Assembly: GCA_024704765.1 (NCBI GenBank)
Contig: JAKMXF010000222.1
Location: 1,116,001 to 1,180,000 of the forward strand
Source of the DNA: Oopsacas minuta
Taxonomy: Eukaryota; Animalia; Porifera
Direction of reading: 5' to 3'
DNA length: 64,000 bases
The position numbers and the translations under genes are program-made. Shown in pieces: positions 37,501-49,529 of the stretch. The notes beneath the pieces are model-generated. The model ran no database searches and had not been told where the DNA came from. It worked only from the letters and a program-made list of their open reading frames with translations. Each line of letters begins with the position of its first letter. Position 1 is the stretch's first letter.

Positions 37501-38687
37501 GACCAGAAATCAGAATCATTTATAAGAGCATTTAAGACTGTTGGATTAATCGGAGGCATGGATTCCCGAATGGATTGCTCACGGGCTAGGATCACAAAGT
37601 AGATAGCTGTGAGGTTAGAGCGTGTGCAAAAACTCGGGATTGAGTGTCCACACACAAGCCGATCCCATGGCTGAAAGAAGTATAGGTTTGGTGAAACAGG
37701 TAGCTAGATGCCTTACACTCGATAGCAAGCAGAGCGAAGACTCATGGCCTGACTTGCTCCTGGAGGTCACTTTATACTGTAACAACGCTGAAAATTCCTC
37801 CACTAAGTTTGCAGCGCAACTTCTGATGACCGGAGCTCTAGTGTCTCCAATCGATGCACTTTTGAAACCTAGGGTCCCTCCTTCACGGATTCACATGAAC
37901 ATAACCTCAGAAAGTTTATAGAAACCAAGATCGAGCTCATTAGAATTGCTAGGTCGAAAGATGAATTAAGGAATGCAAGGAGACAACCACACTATAACAA
38001 CAACAACACCAGGAGAACCGAAATCAACCTGGTAATTATGTCCTCGAAAGAAACAACACGAGGGCGGATTCACTGGGCGCGAGGTACAAGGACTTTACGC
38101 GTCATGGCGGTGAGAGGTGCCAGCCTCAAGATCAATCGGGACAGAGGCGAAAAGTGGGTGCATGCCAACAGATGTAAGTTATATGTGGGGGGAAGAGGAA
38201 TTAACATACCAATTCCAGAAACGATAATCGAAGAAAATAGATCCCATTCAAGTTCCCATGACACCGAGACAACAGAAACTGAAAACATTACCGGACCAGA
38301 CGTGTCATTCCAATTGGAAGGAGTTCAGATATAGTAGTTTTTTAGACAGAGGCCACAGTGGGAGACAATAATAGCGGAGAAATTAAAATACCAAATAAGG
38401 AACCCAGATACCCAAGGAGAGACAGAAAGCCTGGAGGTATCCAGGCTATGTAACCTAACGAGTACTTACCTCCCAACTATATTTCGAGGGGGGGGTAATG
38501 TAAAAGATACGTAAATTTAGTATAGCACTAAGCTTCAATCCGAAACAGCCCCTAAACTGTCTTATCTACCAGTGTTATAGGATCTAATTTATTCTCTATT
38601 TACCTATCGTATATTGTACCTGTATCACAACTTAAATTCATGTTTTTGTTGGTTCTTATTATATCAATTTTGATCCCATTTGTCACA
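34525..38687 (+). mobile_element. Gypsy LTR retrotransposon, degenerate, RT core deleted
   Basis: LTRs 34525-34710 and 38499-38687 (TG...CA), 4-bp TSD TCAG, PPT GAGGGGGGGG. Gag with CCHC knuckles (CSTCGKMDHGWRAC), RT N-terminus (SPWASNVV), RNase H (TDAS, QRNYS..QLE, TDHNPL) and integrase remnants. Confidence 0.88.
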
Positions 38688-38689
38688 TC

Positions 38690-41300
38690 AGTATAAATTC
38701 TGCAATGAATGACTCTAATTTATCACATATGAAAACTTCCTCTTTGTGTCTGATTTTATCATACATTCAGATGCATATATTGCCCTGTATGATTTCTTGA
38801 ACTGTCTTCTTATTGTCAGAACGCCTGAATGTTCATACATATTACACATATTACTTGCAGAAACAGAAAATGTATATCTCATCCTCCAATCCTGCTACTG
38901 ATTCCCCTATGCCAAATTTTGTCCTCTACTTTGTACAAGATACGATATTTATATATGTATGTAAATATTACATCAAACGGGACTATTAAATTATGGGTTT
39001 AGAATTATATCCACCGAAGTAGTGTACATCAATAACATTAACTCTCTCTATTCATTTTTGCCATAAGAAATAATGTAGGCACTATTCAAAGTTACCTCAA
39101 TTTGTGGTATTTCATATCTAGAATGAACTAGTGAATTATACAATTTAACTCTCTCTCAAATGTCTTTTCGTCCCAATAATAATGGGTTGAAATCTAGGAA
39201 TTGTATTATCTAGTTCACCCAATCCTAGAAGGTCTAAATTGGTTTTATTTCTACTTCCCCCACAACTTAAACTTCTATTTTGAACTTCCTCTAGTACTTT
39301 TATTTCTGTATTTACTAACGGCTTTTGTAGACTTACTAATGGTTTATTCTTCGATCTAATACTTTCAAATGCCTTTGAAATATTTTATTCGGAAGGTTTT
39401 ATAAAGCTACGTTTGGTATTTTTCCTTTTAAACCATTCCTCCTTACTATTGTACTCATTTCGACTTTCATTTTTCTTTTCTTTTTGAATATTTTGTTTGC
39501 AAATGGCATAAAAGTAAATTTACATGCAGCAATCCTATTATCTATATTTACATGAATTGACCCAATGAAATCAGTTGCTCTCCTTATTGTTTCAAATGTA
39601 CTTATGCTGTGCTTTACTATCCTAAACAAGATTTCAACACCACCGTTGCTGTTTGTTAAACTAACTTGGTGTTATGATTATAGGCAAGATTATTCCACTC
39701 CTCGATGGTAACAATGGCATATAATATGTCAGTGAAAATCAATTATTCCAGGATAGGAACATGCATTATTTTCTTTACTTGAGAAGAACTAACTCCTTTA
39801 TCATGGTTATTCTCACATGATATTGGATTTAGTAGTCTATAAGATAAAGGATTTAATTTTACAGTTGCTTCACCCTCTTATTCATCAGTTATTTATTAAA
39901 TATCTATATCACTCTTAACACACATCTAATTCGGCAAATTTGCTCTCATAATCATTGGATCGTTTTTCAAAACATAAAATATATTATAATACTTCGAAAG
40001 GTGGTCAATTTCATACAAATCTTTACAATTTACTAATCAAAACATGTAGAACTATTCTCTTGATCTCTTTTTCTATTTAAAACTTATTTGCTATACTGTA
40101 ACTGATCCTTTGCATTACATGAGCCCTGTACACATATGTAAACAGTTGTAACATAAAAATTTTCACTATTAGAGACAAACCTCCAATAGATATGAAGGAA
40201 ATTCAAAATAGTAAATTTATTAAATGTTAAACAAGAACTATGTATTATATTGCCCCCAGTTATAATCCATTTCTACTTTAATTATTTAAGTCTCTATTAA
40301 TTGCTAATTTTGAATTTTAACACCACTTAATCAAGAAATATGGCCACTGCATGATTATTTACATAATTATCGTCCTCAATATAAAATACGCTCTACAATT
40401 AAGGAATTACACTCTACTTTAGCTCTAAGAAAAGGTTGTTTATTTTACGGCTATCAGACTTTGCAACCGACAATAGTCAGATTTCATGAAGCTTTCCTCC
40501 AATTTCTGACTAATGACATTCTATGGTCCGAGTCACTAATGCACAAACTATCCCATTATTTCATTTCGAGATAGTATTCTCCAGATTCACAACTTTCTTC
40601 TCAAAGTCAACTCCAGAGCTAACCTCTAGCAATGTATCCACATCTTGTTCACTTTCTACATTACAATTAGGATTGTGAACCTGTGGAAGGGGAGTTGGTT
40701 CCTTAACTAAACATTCAACACGAACAATCTATTCAGAATATACATTTTGCAAGCTGAAAATACAATTTGTATCGAATTCCTTTCTTTGTTCCAATACCAA
40801 ACTAATGAAGAGGCTCAAAGTTTCTCAACTTCACATTCATATTTTACCAACATTTGATAAACCAAACTATGACCAGGTTGTGTTACAATGAAACACAAAA
40901 CTGACAGTGGTCTGCACTTGACAAAGCTATTACTGTGAGCACCTGTGATGACATTAATTGAATGAAAACACGCATCTTTAAAACAAGCTTCAGTGAATTA
41001 CAAAATCCAGTTATATTTCTAGTAGCAGAAAACCTATAGAATTTTATGCTATCTACTCATAACCTAGTTTAAGATGTATTAAAGAAATAAAAGTAAATTC
41101 TTCAGATAATTCTTTATTAATTGATTTCAGGAAATCGACACCTTCAAATTGTTTTACACGGTTTAATCAGATGCAGATGATGCCCACATAATAAGAAACA
41201 TATCATCTCTTAACTCGAATTCAAGTGAAAATATTGATTACCAAATAATGAAACTGATATTGGCCACTCAGAACAGTCTCACTTACATCTTTCAGTGATT
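38690..41300 (-). pseudogene. Highly decayed coding remnant inside element X (NOF/MULE-like N-terminus? USP-like C-terminus?)
   Basis: Stop-riddled but protein-like frames (EEWNNL...AACKFTF); possible Cys box (N..PFDVIF, ~38961-38987). Possible His box at 34262-34370 on the other side of the Gypsy. Confidence 0.3.
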
Positions 41301-41526
41301 ATATTTATTCCCATACGTCAATAAACATATTTAGTTCCAGGGATAAAATGGGATAAGTTATTTCTGAAGAAAAAAACGATAAGATTGACGCAAAAATTAT
41401 CAGTAACTAAGACAAGTTACATATGTATATACTTATATGCATAAGAATGCAGTCTAACATTGACTCAAATCTTAATGAACCCTTCAATTTATATTACCAC
41501 CAAATGTTAATACAAGTACTAGCGAC

Positions 41527-44418
41527 CAGGGTTGTATCAACTCATTTTAAGTTGGCAGAATCAACTCATTTTATTGAATGAGTTGAATGAGTTGGTAACC
41601 CTCAAATGAATGAGTTGAATGAGTTGATAGTTCAATAAAATGAGTTGAAATGAGTTCAACTCATTTTACGCATATTTTTCTTTCGGTTAATTATGTTAAT
41701 GATCTCTGATACGGTAATAGTAGATTGTCTTATGAAGAAAAAACCATAGTTGGTTCCAGCCATTCAATGTATATCAGACTGCATTTATAATCCTAATCAT
41801 ACATAGTGTAACACAATTTGAAAGATTGCGTTATTGATTAACCATACTTAGGTAATTACTCACTACCTTGGTCCCAATGAAATTTTTGTTCACTGACTTT
41901 AAGTTAATCTATTCATTCTGAGATTCTTGACTCATTTTTGACTTAATTATTTCATATACGTGCGTATTAGCATATTGTCTAATGGCAGATGAAACTCTCT
42001 TCTCGAATGATGATAACGATTCACCTATAAATTCTACTCTCCTTCCTTGGTTGAATCAAATTCCGATAATTTTGTCATAACTTCAAAACAAGTTGATGTG
42101 GCTACTATTTCGCTAGATTCGGATTTAATCCTAGGCGATGTTCTAACTAATAAGCACAAATCTAGACCAGCTTGGTATGATAGGTTGTTTAAACTTGTGA
42201 ACGATCGGACCATGCGCAAGCATAGATGTGTTGAATGTGGCTGGATAGGTATGGCTCTACCCAATTCCTTACACAATCTGAAACGCCACTTTGAAAGTCT
42301 CACAAAATACAAAACATGTAAAGGTAGATATTTGACGTGGATAAAAGAACGAGAACTCTTACAACCTACACTAGAGGCAGTCATTAAGCGAGAAACAAAG
42401 AAAATATCATCTGAATCCCAGGAGAAAATTGATAAATTGTTAACTGAGTTTATTATAGCTTCCGAAGTGCCACTTAGACTAGTTGAACTTCGGGAATCTC
42501 TAAATTTGCTTAACGAGTTGAATGCAAGATACAAGGTGCCTTATAGACGCAAATTAAAAGATTCCCTCTTGACACCGATGCTCAAAGATAGTAGAAATTA
42601 ATTATCTAGTCAATTAGACACATGTGAATATGCTTCACTAACTATTGATGGGGGTGGTCAAGTAGAGGACAACTAAGTATGTTAAGTTTAGTTGTAAATT
42701 TCATTAATCAAATGGAATGATGAGGAGCGAACTCTTAACTATCACGTTATTTAATGGAAAACATACGGAGGGACGGATCGTAGAGTTTACTCAACACGCT
42801 GCAAGAGAATGGAATTTAGAACATAAGATTGTCCGTTTTGGATCCGATAACGCTGTTAATATGAAAAAAGCTTTCGATACCGTTTTAGAAATTGAACATG
42901 AACTTTTAGAAATTGACATTGATGAAGGCGAGGATGAACTAGAACCAATTGATGAAATGATATTGAGTGACGCCCGAATCAGTATTTTTGAATATCTTTC
43001 AGATACGAATCTTAACTCTTTAACCTCAAAGCTTCGTGCAGCAGGTTTATTGCCCCTTTGGGGTAGATGTGTTTGTCTAATACAACTATCTGTGCATGAC
43101 TTCATCCAAAAACAATTAAGATCACACGGAAGTGTAAACAAATTCATCATCAAGGCAACTCAGTTTGTAAATTGCTCACGAAAATCGATTCAATGCGGAG
43201 AAATATTCCTGAAATACAAATTTACTCTGGGCGCCATGAATCAAACACGATGGGATTCAATGTATAAGATGCTCAAAAGCATCTTAGATGCAGAAACTAA
43301 GGGATGTCTTAAATTTCTTCCATCCTTAAAGTATCTAATTCCTAAGAATTATGAATTAGCTATACTAAGAGAGGTAGTTGATGTACTAGAGCCGATCCAT
43401 TTATTCACTCTTGAATTTGAATCAAGTTTGGGAACTAGTGGGATAGAAATCCCAGGATTAGAAGCATTATAAGATGATTGGAATTCAATTGATTCGGACC
43501 ACGATAGTATGTCTCAGATAATGTTACCCTTAGTCCAAGAGCGATTTTCAGAAGTAGCTCAGGATCACTTCATGATCATAGCCAACTGTATTGATCCAAG
43601 ATTCGCAACTAAGGGGCTATTCAAACAGAGCTCGTTAGAAATTTTGAAAAAGGTGATGAATATAATTATACACCATGAACGGCAGTTATATCCACTTACT
43701 TATCCTGTGAAACAAAGCCTCCTTTAAAGAGAAGAAGTTTTTTTGATAATCTACCAAATTCTGAAGCGGTTCGTGCCTCGGGTATAGATATAGAAGTTAT
43801 TGAAAATGAGCTGTTTATCTTTATATCAGAAGCACGTTTGGTAAATCAAATAATCGAACTGACCCAATCAATTGATGGCGGAGGAATCAGAATAGAATGC
43901 CATTTTTATTCCGAATTGCTGAAATTTATTTATTACCAACCCCATCAATTGCTGAAAATGAGCGAGTCTTTAGTATTGCAGGACGGATTTGTCGACCTCA
44001 TCGAGCTACTTTAGAACTATCTACTCTGGAGATGTTCGTTGCCCTAAAGCATAGGTTACAACGTCAGAAGAGTGCGATGACTAATACTACTAATACTTCA
44101 CCTATTCGAGTGTATTTATGAGTTGGTTATCTTGACTCTTAGTCTATATTTCTCTCTAATTATAGTCTATTTTACTGATAAAAATCACTTTCAGCCATAT
44201 TACCAGGGTTGGGAGTCGGGACTTTGACTAGTTTGATGCGTATTAAATCACGGCTGTATCAACTCATTTTATTAAATGAGTTGAATGAGTTGGAATGAGT
44301 TGGTTACATAAGCTAGATGAAATAAATGAGTTGAATGAGTTGGTGCGATAAAAATGAATGAGTTGGTAGAAAAAAATGAGTTGATTTTGCCAATTCAAAA
44401 TGAGTTGATACAGCCCTA
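41527..44418 (+). mobile_element. hAT Ac/ZBED-type element, disrupted transposase (41982-44121)
   Basis: TIRs CAGGGTTGTATCAACTC / GAGTTGATACAGCCCTA; 8-bp TSD CTAGCGAC; subterminal AATGAGTTG repeats. BED-like CVEC, TRWDS, LDPR-like IDPRF, and PSIAENERVFSIAG. Confidence 0.9.
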
Positions 44419-45262
44419 CTAGCGACCTTCTTGTTTTTAACGACATAGAATTATAAGATACGAAAGAAGGTATCTATACATTTTGGAGGTGTTCTGGAGA
44501 GAAATAACTTCAAGAATTGATCTCAAGGTTAGAAATCGTAATGCATGTATTTATCGATTTTGCCGGCCTTAGCGTTTTTACGAAAATATAGAAATTGTTA
44601 TACACACTTATATCTTAACTATCGATTATCATAAAAATTATTGAAATTCAGTCGGATTTAGGGTAAGAAAATGAGTTTGAACTTACCCCACTTTATTTAG
44701 AATATCATTCATCCCCTATCAATACCACTCCAGACTTACCCCTGTGAGTTGTTAATATTTATTAAAGAATTAAAATTTCATGAACATCGATATGACCAAA
44801 GTATGCATAGGGAATTTCAGAGTCGAATTGTGACTTTTAGGTTGGGTAAATTGACCCTAAAAATATTAACTCAAAAATCACTAACGTAAATATTTTTAAA
44901 ATAAAAACACATTGCCTAAAACATCAACTCTCCTCTTTCCAATGGTCTTAGTTTCTTTTAAATCTGAACAGTGTGAGTGAGTCGAATTTGTGATCGAAGT
45001 TGCCCTAGCCGTATTGTCTGCAAACTTCTTTGTACAACATTTCAAACTTAAATGTTCCAAAAGTAATAAATATTGTAAGAAGAAATTTTAAACCCATAAT
45101 CCGCCAGCCCTCAAATAGTATGTAGAAGAAAACTAATAATGAGAAGCCGCTCAAATATCACATTGTAGTTGACACGTTTGGAAAACCTTCATAACCTTAA
45201 TGTTAAGTCATCACATATTTTACAATTCTGATGACATTAACGTAATCCATCAATACTACACT

Positions 45263-45760
45263 AGTCTTCATACGTTTGAGATAGTATTCAGCATTCCTCT
45301 TGATGTTATTATCTCGGTATCTCTTTGGGACACCCTTCAATATTGTTGCGGTGTTCTTCGCACACTTTGAGGATAATTGCCTTTTATCTAGGTAACATTG
45401 AAGAGAACCCGCGGGAGTGTTGTGGCGAACTTCCTGTAGGAGCCCAAGTATTTTGGCTCCTGTAGATTTGTGCCACGCAGTTGGGAAATGATAATCCGAA
45501 AATATTGCACTTTCTGAATAATTTTTTCCTGTACACTACCTATTTCGAGATCTTTGGTCAGAAGATTAAGTTAGTGTGCTAAACAACCATAGGATATTCT
45601 GTTTGTAGCTGTAGTATGACTATCATATGCCACTTCTCGCCGCATTTTGGACCATGTTTCATGCGTTGTCAGTAAATTAGGTACATACTTTACAACTGGA
45701 TTGTTGTTCATTTGATATCTATCCAGACGTGGCCCCTCTTGTACCTCAGAAATCTGTATA
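45263..45760 (-). pseudogene. hAT transposase central fragment (5' partner of 22688-23539)
   Basis: YGCLAH.LNLL.KD, LLQEVRHNT and KRNAEYYLKRMK, ending exactly at the X terminus. Confidence 0.65.
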
Positions 45761-45769
45761 TTTTGGTCG

Positions 45770-45930
45770 AATGTCATTTGAACTTGATCAAATGATGAAA
45801 ATGCAAATTTTGATCAAAGTTCGACTAAAATATCTTCAGACGAACTTTGATCGATAAGTGAGATCTTTGATCGAAAAATGAGAACTTGATCGAAAAATGA
45901 AAACTTTGATCCAAAATGTAGAATTTTGAT
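45770..45930. repeat. TTGATCAAA-type short-motif array, inverted copy of 49020-49200
   Basis: Repeated (T)TTGATC(A/G)AA motifs; reverse complement aligns with 49020-49200. Confidence 0.65.
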
Positions 45931-47639
45931 CAAAAAATTGTTCTCCTCCACGGGAACACATTATTCATATTCCCATCCTGATTTCCTTGAGCCATCATAA
46001 AATGGCCGGTTAACAGACAGTAGTGCAGCTCAGGGTTTTGTCTTTTTCTTCTATAAAGGGGGGCGGTACCCCTTAACCTTCCATGTAATGCCACAATGCG
46101 CCGGACTCGACTGATTTCAATTTGAAATATGTGCAAAAAAGGTGTGAAAGTATTGTAAATACAGATTTGAATTCTCAAATTTGGAATCTACATACTCGAT
46201 TACCCTTTACTAGCAGTTAAATCGAAATCTCTAGCAAGATTTAAATAATATGAAAATTGTGTGAAAATGTGATTATTCATATGATAAATCTATGAATTTG
46301 TAACTTTCTTACTCTTGATATCTCAAAATAGGACTCTCCGCACCCAATTAGCCCTGACAACATATTGAAACCTAATCCCTAGCATGCTTTTGTATTTTAC
46401 TTAGAAAGGTGTGAAAAATTGACTTTGGAAAAAATTAACTCGTGGTGCAAATTTCGGACCCATGATGTATATGTATGCCAATTCTCATGTTCGCACATCG
46501 TCCATGCCATCAGGCCAACTCCGTATAGGAGCTGCACTAATAATATCTTGCTAGATATATGCCAGCAAGATATACATTCATAATAATTACTACAAAAAAT
46601 TGAACGTTATATGGACTGGATAATCATAGTAAATAATATAAATATTCTTTGATGTTTTTGAAATCCATGCTGAGCCAGGAAATATATACAATTATTGAAT
46701 GTACCTATAGCTTAATCTATTAATTTATTGGAGGCACTATGCGTAATGAGATTAACGCTTGCTTCTCATACTGCCTCCAATTAATATGCCACTTTTTAAA
46801 CAAATTTACTTCTTAGACTAAGCTGTCTGTACAGGTTGTATTTTCTATATTTTTCGACCTGTATTTATCACATAAATATCACGAATTATGTAATTTCGTC
46901 AACTAACATGAGATTTCTTCTTAACAATTCGCGAACTAGTGTTTACGTGCAAAATATCTGTTGCAAAACTCAGCCCTATACAAATAATGTCAGCAAAAAT
47001 ATTGATTGAACGATTAATACGTATTATACGTAATACGTCTTCATTGAAAGACGTATTCAACAACTTAGGATAAGAGACTTATTGTACATATATTACTTCT
47101 ATCGGTATTATTTCTATAAAGTAAATTCGTATCTAACTTTAGCAAATATATCATCACTAAACTACAATCTATTATCACATGAACCTAATTCTAATTCATT
47201 TAAAAATGATAAGTCAAATTTCGGACAGACTTTGCATTTCGCTCGTAATTATAGAACGACAAATTGGGAATCTATCACCGGGCGTGAATTCAGTTCATAA
47301 TTTCTCGGATTAACTATAGTATTTGAAATTTCTTTAATATTTTCTAGTGTGTTTATTCTTTTCTCTGTATTCGTTTTTAATTTTCTCATTATTCATATCC
47401 TTTGCACTTCGCTCGCCAATTTCTAGCCTTTCTTCATTCTCTGGCATTCAAGATCATATTTCTATCAGCGTCTTTTCGAGACTCTCCATAAACTTCCATT
47501 GGTTAAGCTTTTTCATATGGATGGGAGATTTTATACCTCGATGATATAATTCAGAACTGTTATTAGTTGTTGAATAAAATAGTATATTGATAAATAATTT
47601 CGTTTAACCCATTCTCTCTTTATATAACTCTTAATCCTT

Positions 47640-48520
47640 TGAAGATTAATAACCTCATGGTCATTCATATTTTGTAGAGTAACTTCAGATAACAATCTAA
47701 AGACTGCTGAATTTCTCCTTTAGGTAACATCAGAACAACCATAGTAAACCTAGCCCTTCCATTAGACTCAGAGTTCTTTGTATACGAAGAAGTGAGCTGT
47801 AGCTTTGTTAACCTTTTCCAAATAGCTCTCGAAAAATAAACAGGCATCCTGCTACTTCTATCGAATTGAAAGCTGTGCGAAATGAATTTCTTGATGCCCT
47901 TTCATAGTCGCCTACAACTAATTTTGTTTGAAATCCTTCATAAATTTGGTTACCTTTTGCAAAACAGCGTCATAGAGAAATTCTGATATTTTGACTTTTA
48001 ATATGTATGGCTGGAAAAGCATGATGACCTTCTTGTGAAATACTAGATAACTAGTAAATTAATTTGGGGACAACAAATAATGTTGCATCAAAATTGATCC
48101 CACTAGTATTTCTCAGAGATTCAAACATAGTATCTGACCAGAATCAAGCTGCTAAGCCGTCTCATGGGATTATCATTGATCTGAAAAATGTGTGTACATC
48201 GTGTTTGTTGATCATTACTTCAAATTATTCGGGCGTTAAAGGATTCTCTGATGATTCAAGTCTTCTTCTTTTAACCATCGTATTTCGAACACTTCGATAA
48301 CTCAATAATGCACATGCTTGATTCGTAGAAGTCCCATCATCAAAGATTTCCCTTCGATTTGCTGTTGACGATTCTGTTGCACGATCTGCTGCATGTTTGA
48401 TTCTATTATTTAAAACTATTACACTGGATTCGCAGGGGAGGCTTCAGTGTGATTATTTATTTACACCTCCACAGTGTACACCTCAAATACATGGATGTAG
48501 GGAAGAGGAGGACTGAATAT
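47640..48520 (-). pseudogene. MULE transposase remnant
   Basis: FDATLFVVPK...FPAIH...VGDYERASRN.F...GCLFYFSRAIWK, the standard MULE DDE-domain pattern. Possible FLYWCH remnant upstream. Confidence 0.75.
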
Positions 48521-49019
48521 ATCGATTGCTTTGACATTCATATTTAACAGGACCTATTTTTTGCCTTAAATAACACTATATTCCATTGATTGTACTGAAT
48601 AAGAGCCGCATATATATTATCGAAGAGTCCTTTAGGAAAAGATGCAAACTATTGGTAAATACTTCTAAATGCCAATGATTAAATATTCTAAGTATATATA
48701 GTTTGCGAAGTCAGGACCTTTGGAATTTTATAGATGTTAATACAATTTATATGTCAAATAAAAATGACACAAAATTGGCTAATCGTGTGAGCCTCATCCT
48801 TAAGTACAGTCGGTCCAGTAAAACCTCCAAAATATATAGCTGAGGATCTAAGTCTATGGAATGATGTCCAAAGATGAGACACACATTGAATCGAACAATG
48901 AATTTACAATCGTAATATCTAATAATGAGGTCAAAGTGGTGATTTCAGATCAAATTTCTACATGGATTCGATCCAAGCTCTATTTGCTCGGATGAAGTAG
49001 AACTATGATCAAATTCAAT

Positions 49020-49240
49020 CTACTAATTTATTGATCAAAGTTCTCGGTTTCTATCAAAGTTCTTGTTTTCGATCAAAATTCTCGTTTTCCAATCAAATTA
49101 CTCAATTTCTATCAAAGTTTTCACCTTTCAATCAAAGTTCGACTGAGGACATTTTAGTGGAACGTTGATCCAAATTAGCGTTTTCTCCATCATTCGATTA
49201 AATTTCGACATAAGAAAATTTGATCAAAGTTCTACAAAAA
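49020..49240. repeat. GATCAAAGTT short-motif array, inverted copy of 45770-45930
   Basis: Read directly from the sequence. Confidence 0.65.
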
Positions 49241-49529
49241 TTGGCTGAAATATATTGATTCTATTTAAATATGTGCCTCAAAACATGTTAATTACATTCT
49301 GTTGTACTTCAATATGCATTTTTGTTAAATAATTACACTGAACACTCAAAAATTCCCTTCCTTAGTTTATTGCAGCCAAACTCCACTCGATTACATGAAA
49401 TGCATCATTGTATATCATATTTGTCCTTTCGGTTACCTATTTAATGCAGTTGAGTAATTCACTCGTGTTTTTAATTATCTTGATCTTTTCCATTTTCAAT
49501 TTTACCTATTTTGAGAGTCCATTTTTTCA

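Larger units (their letters stand above)
23540..45262 (-). mobile_element. Cryptic long-TIR (foldback-type) element X, ~4.9 kb net, expanded by four nested insertions
   Basis: Joining 23540-23598, 28627-28967 and 33651-~34145 gives a continuous inverted match (roughly 75-80% by eye) to 44427-45262 plus 41515-41526. Termini AGTGTAG.../...CTACACT; only a degenerate ~10-bp TSD. Confidence 0.75.

Noticed and set aside
41130-41420. Splice-like signals as downstream DRC3 or other host exons
   Set aside because: All frames tried hit stops and none resembled DRC3.
33652-44859. TTA|GGGTCAA...TTGACCC|TAA read as a PIF/Harbinger element
   Set aside because: The inverted similarity continues outward past these points once the Chapaev3 insert is removed, so they are internal to the TIRs of element X.
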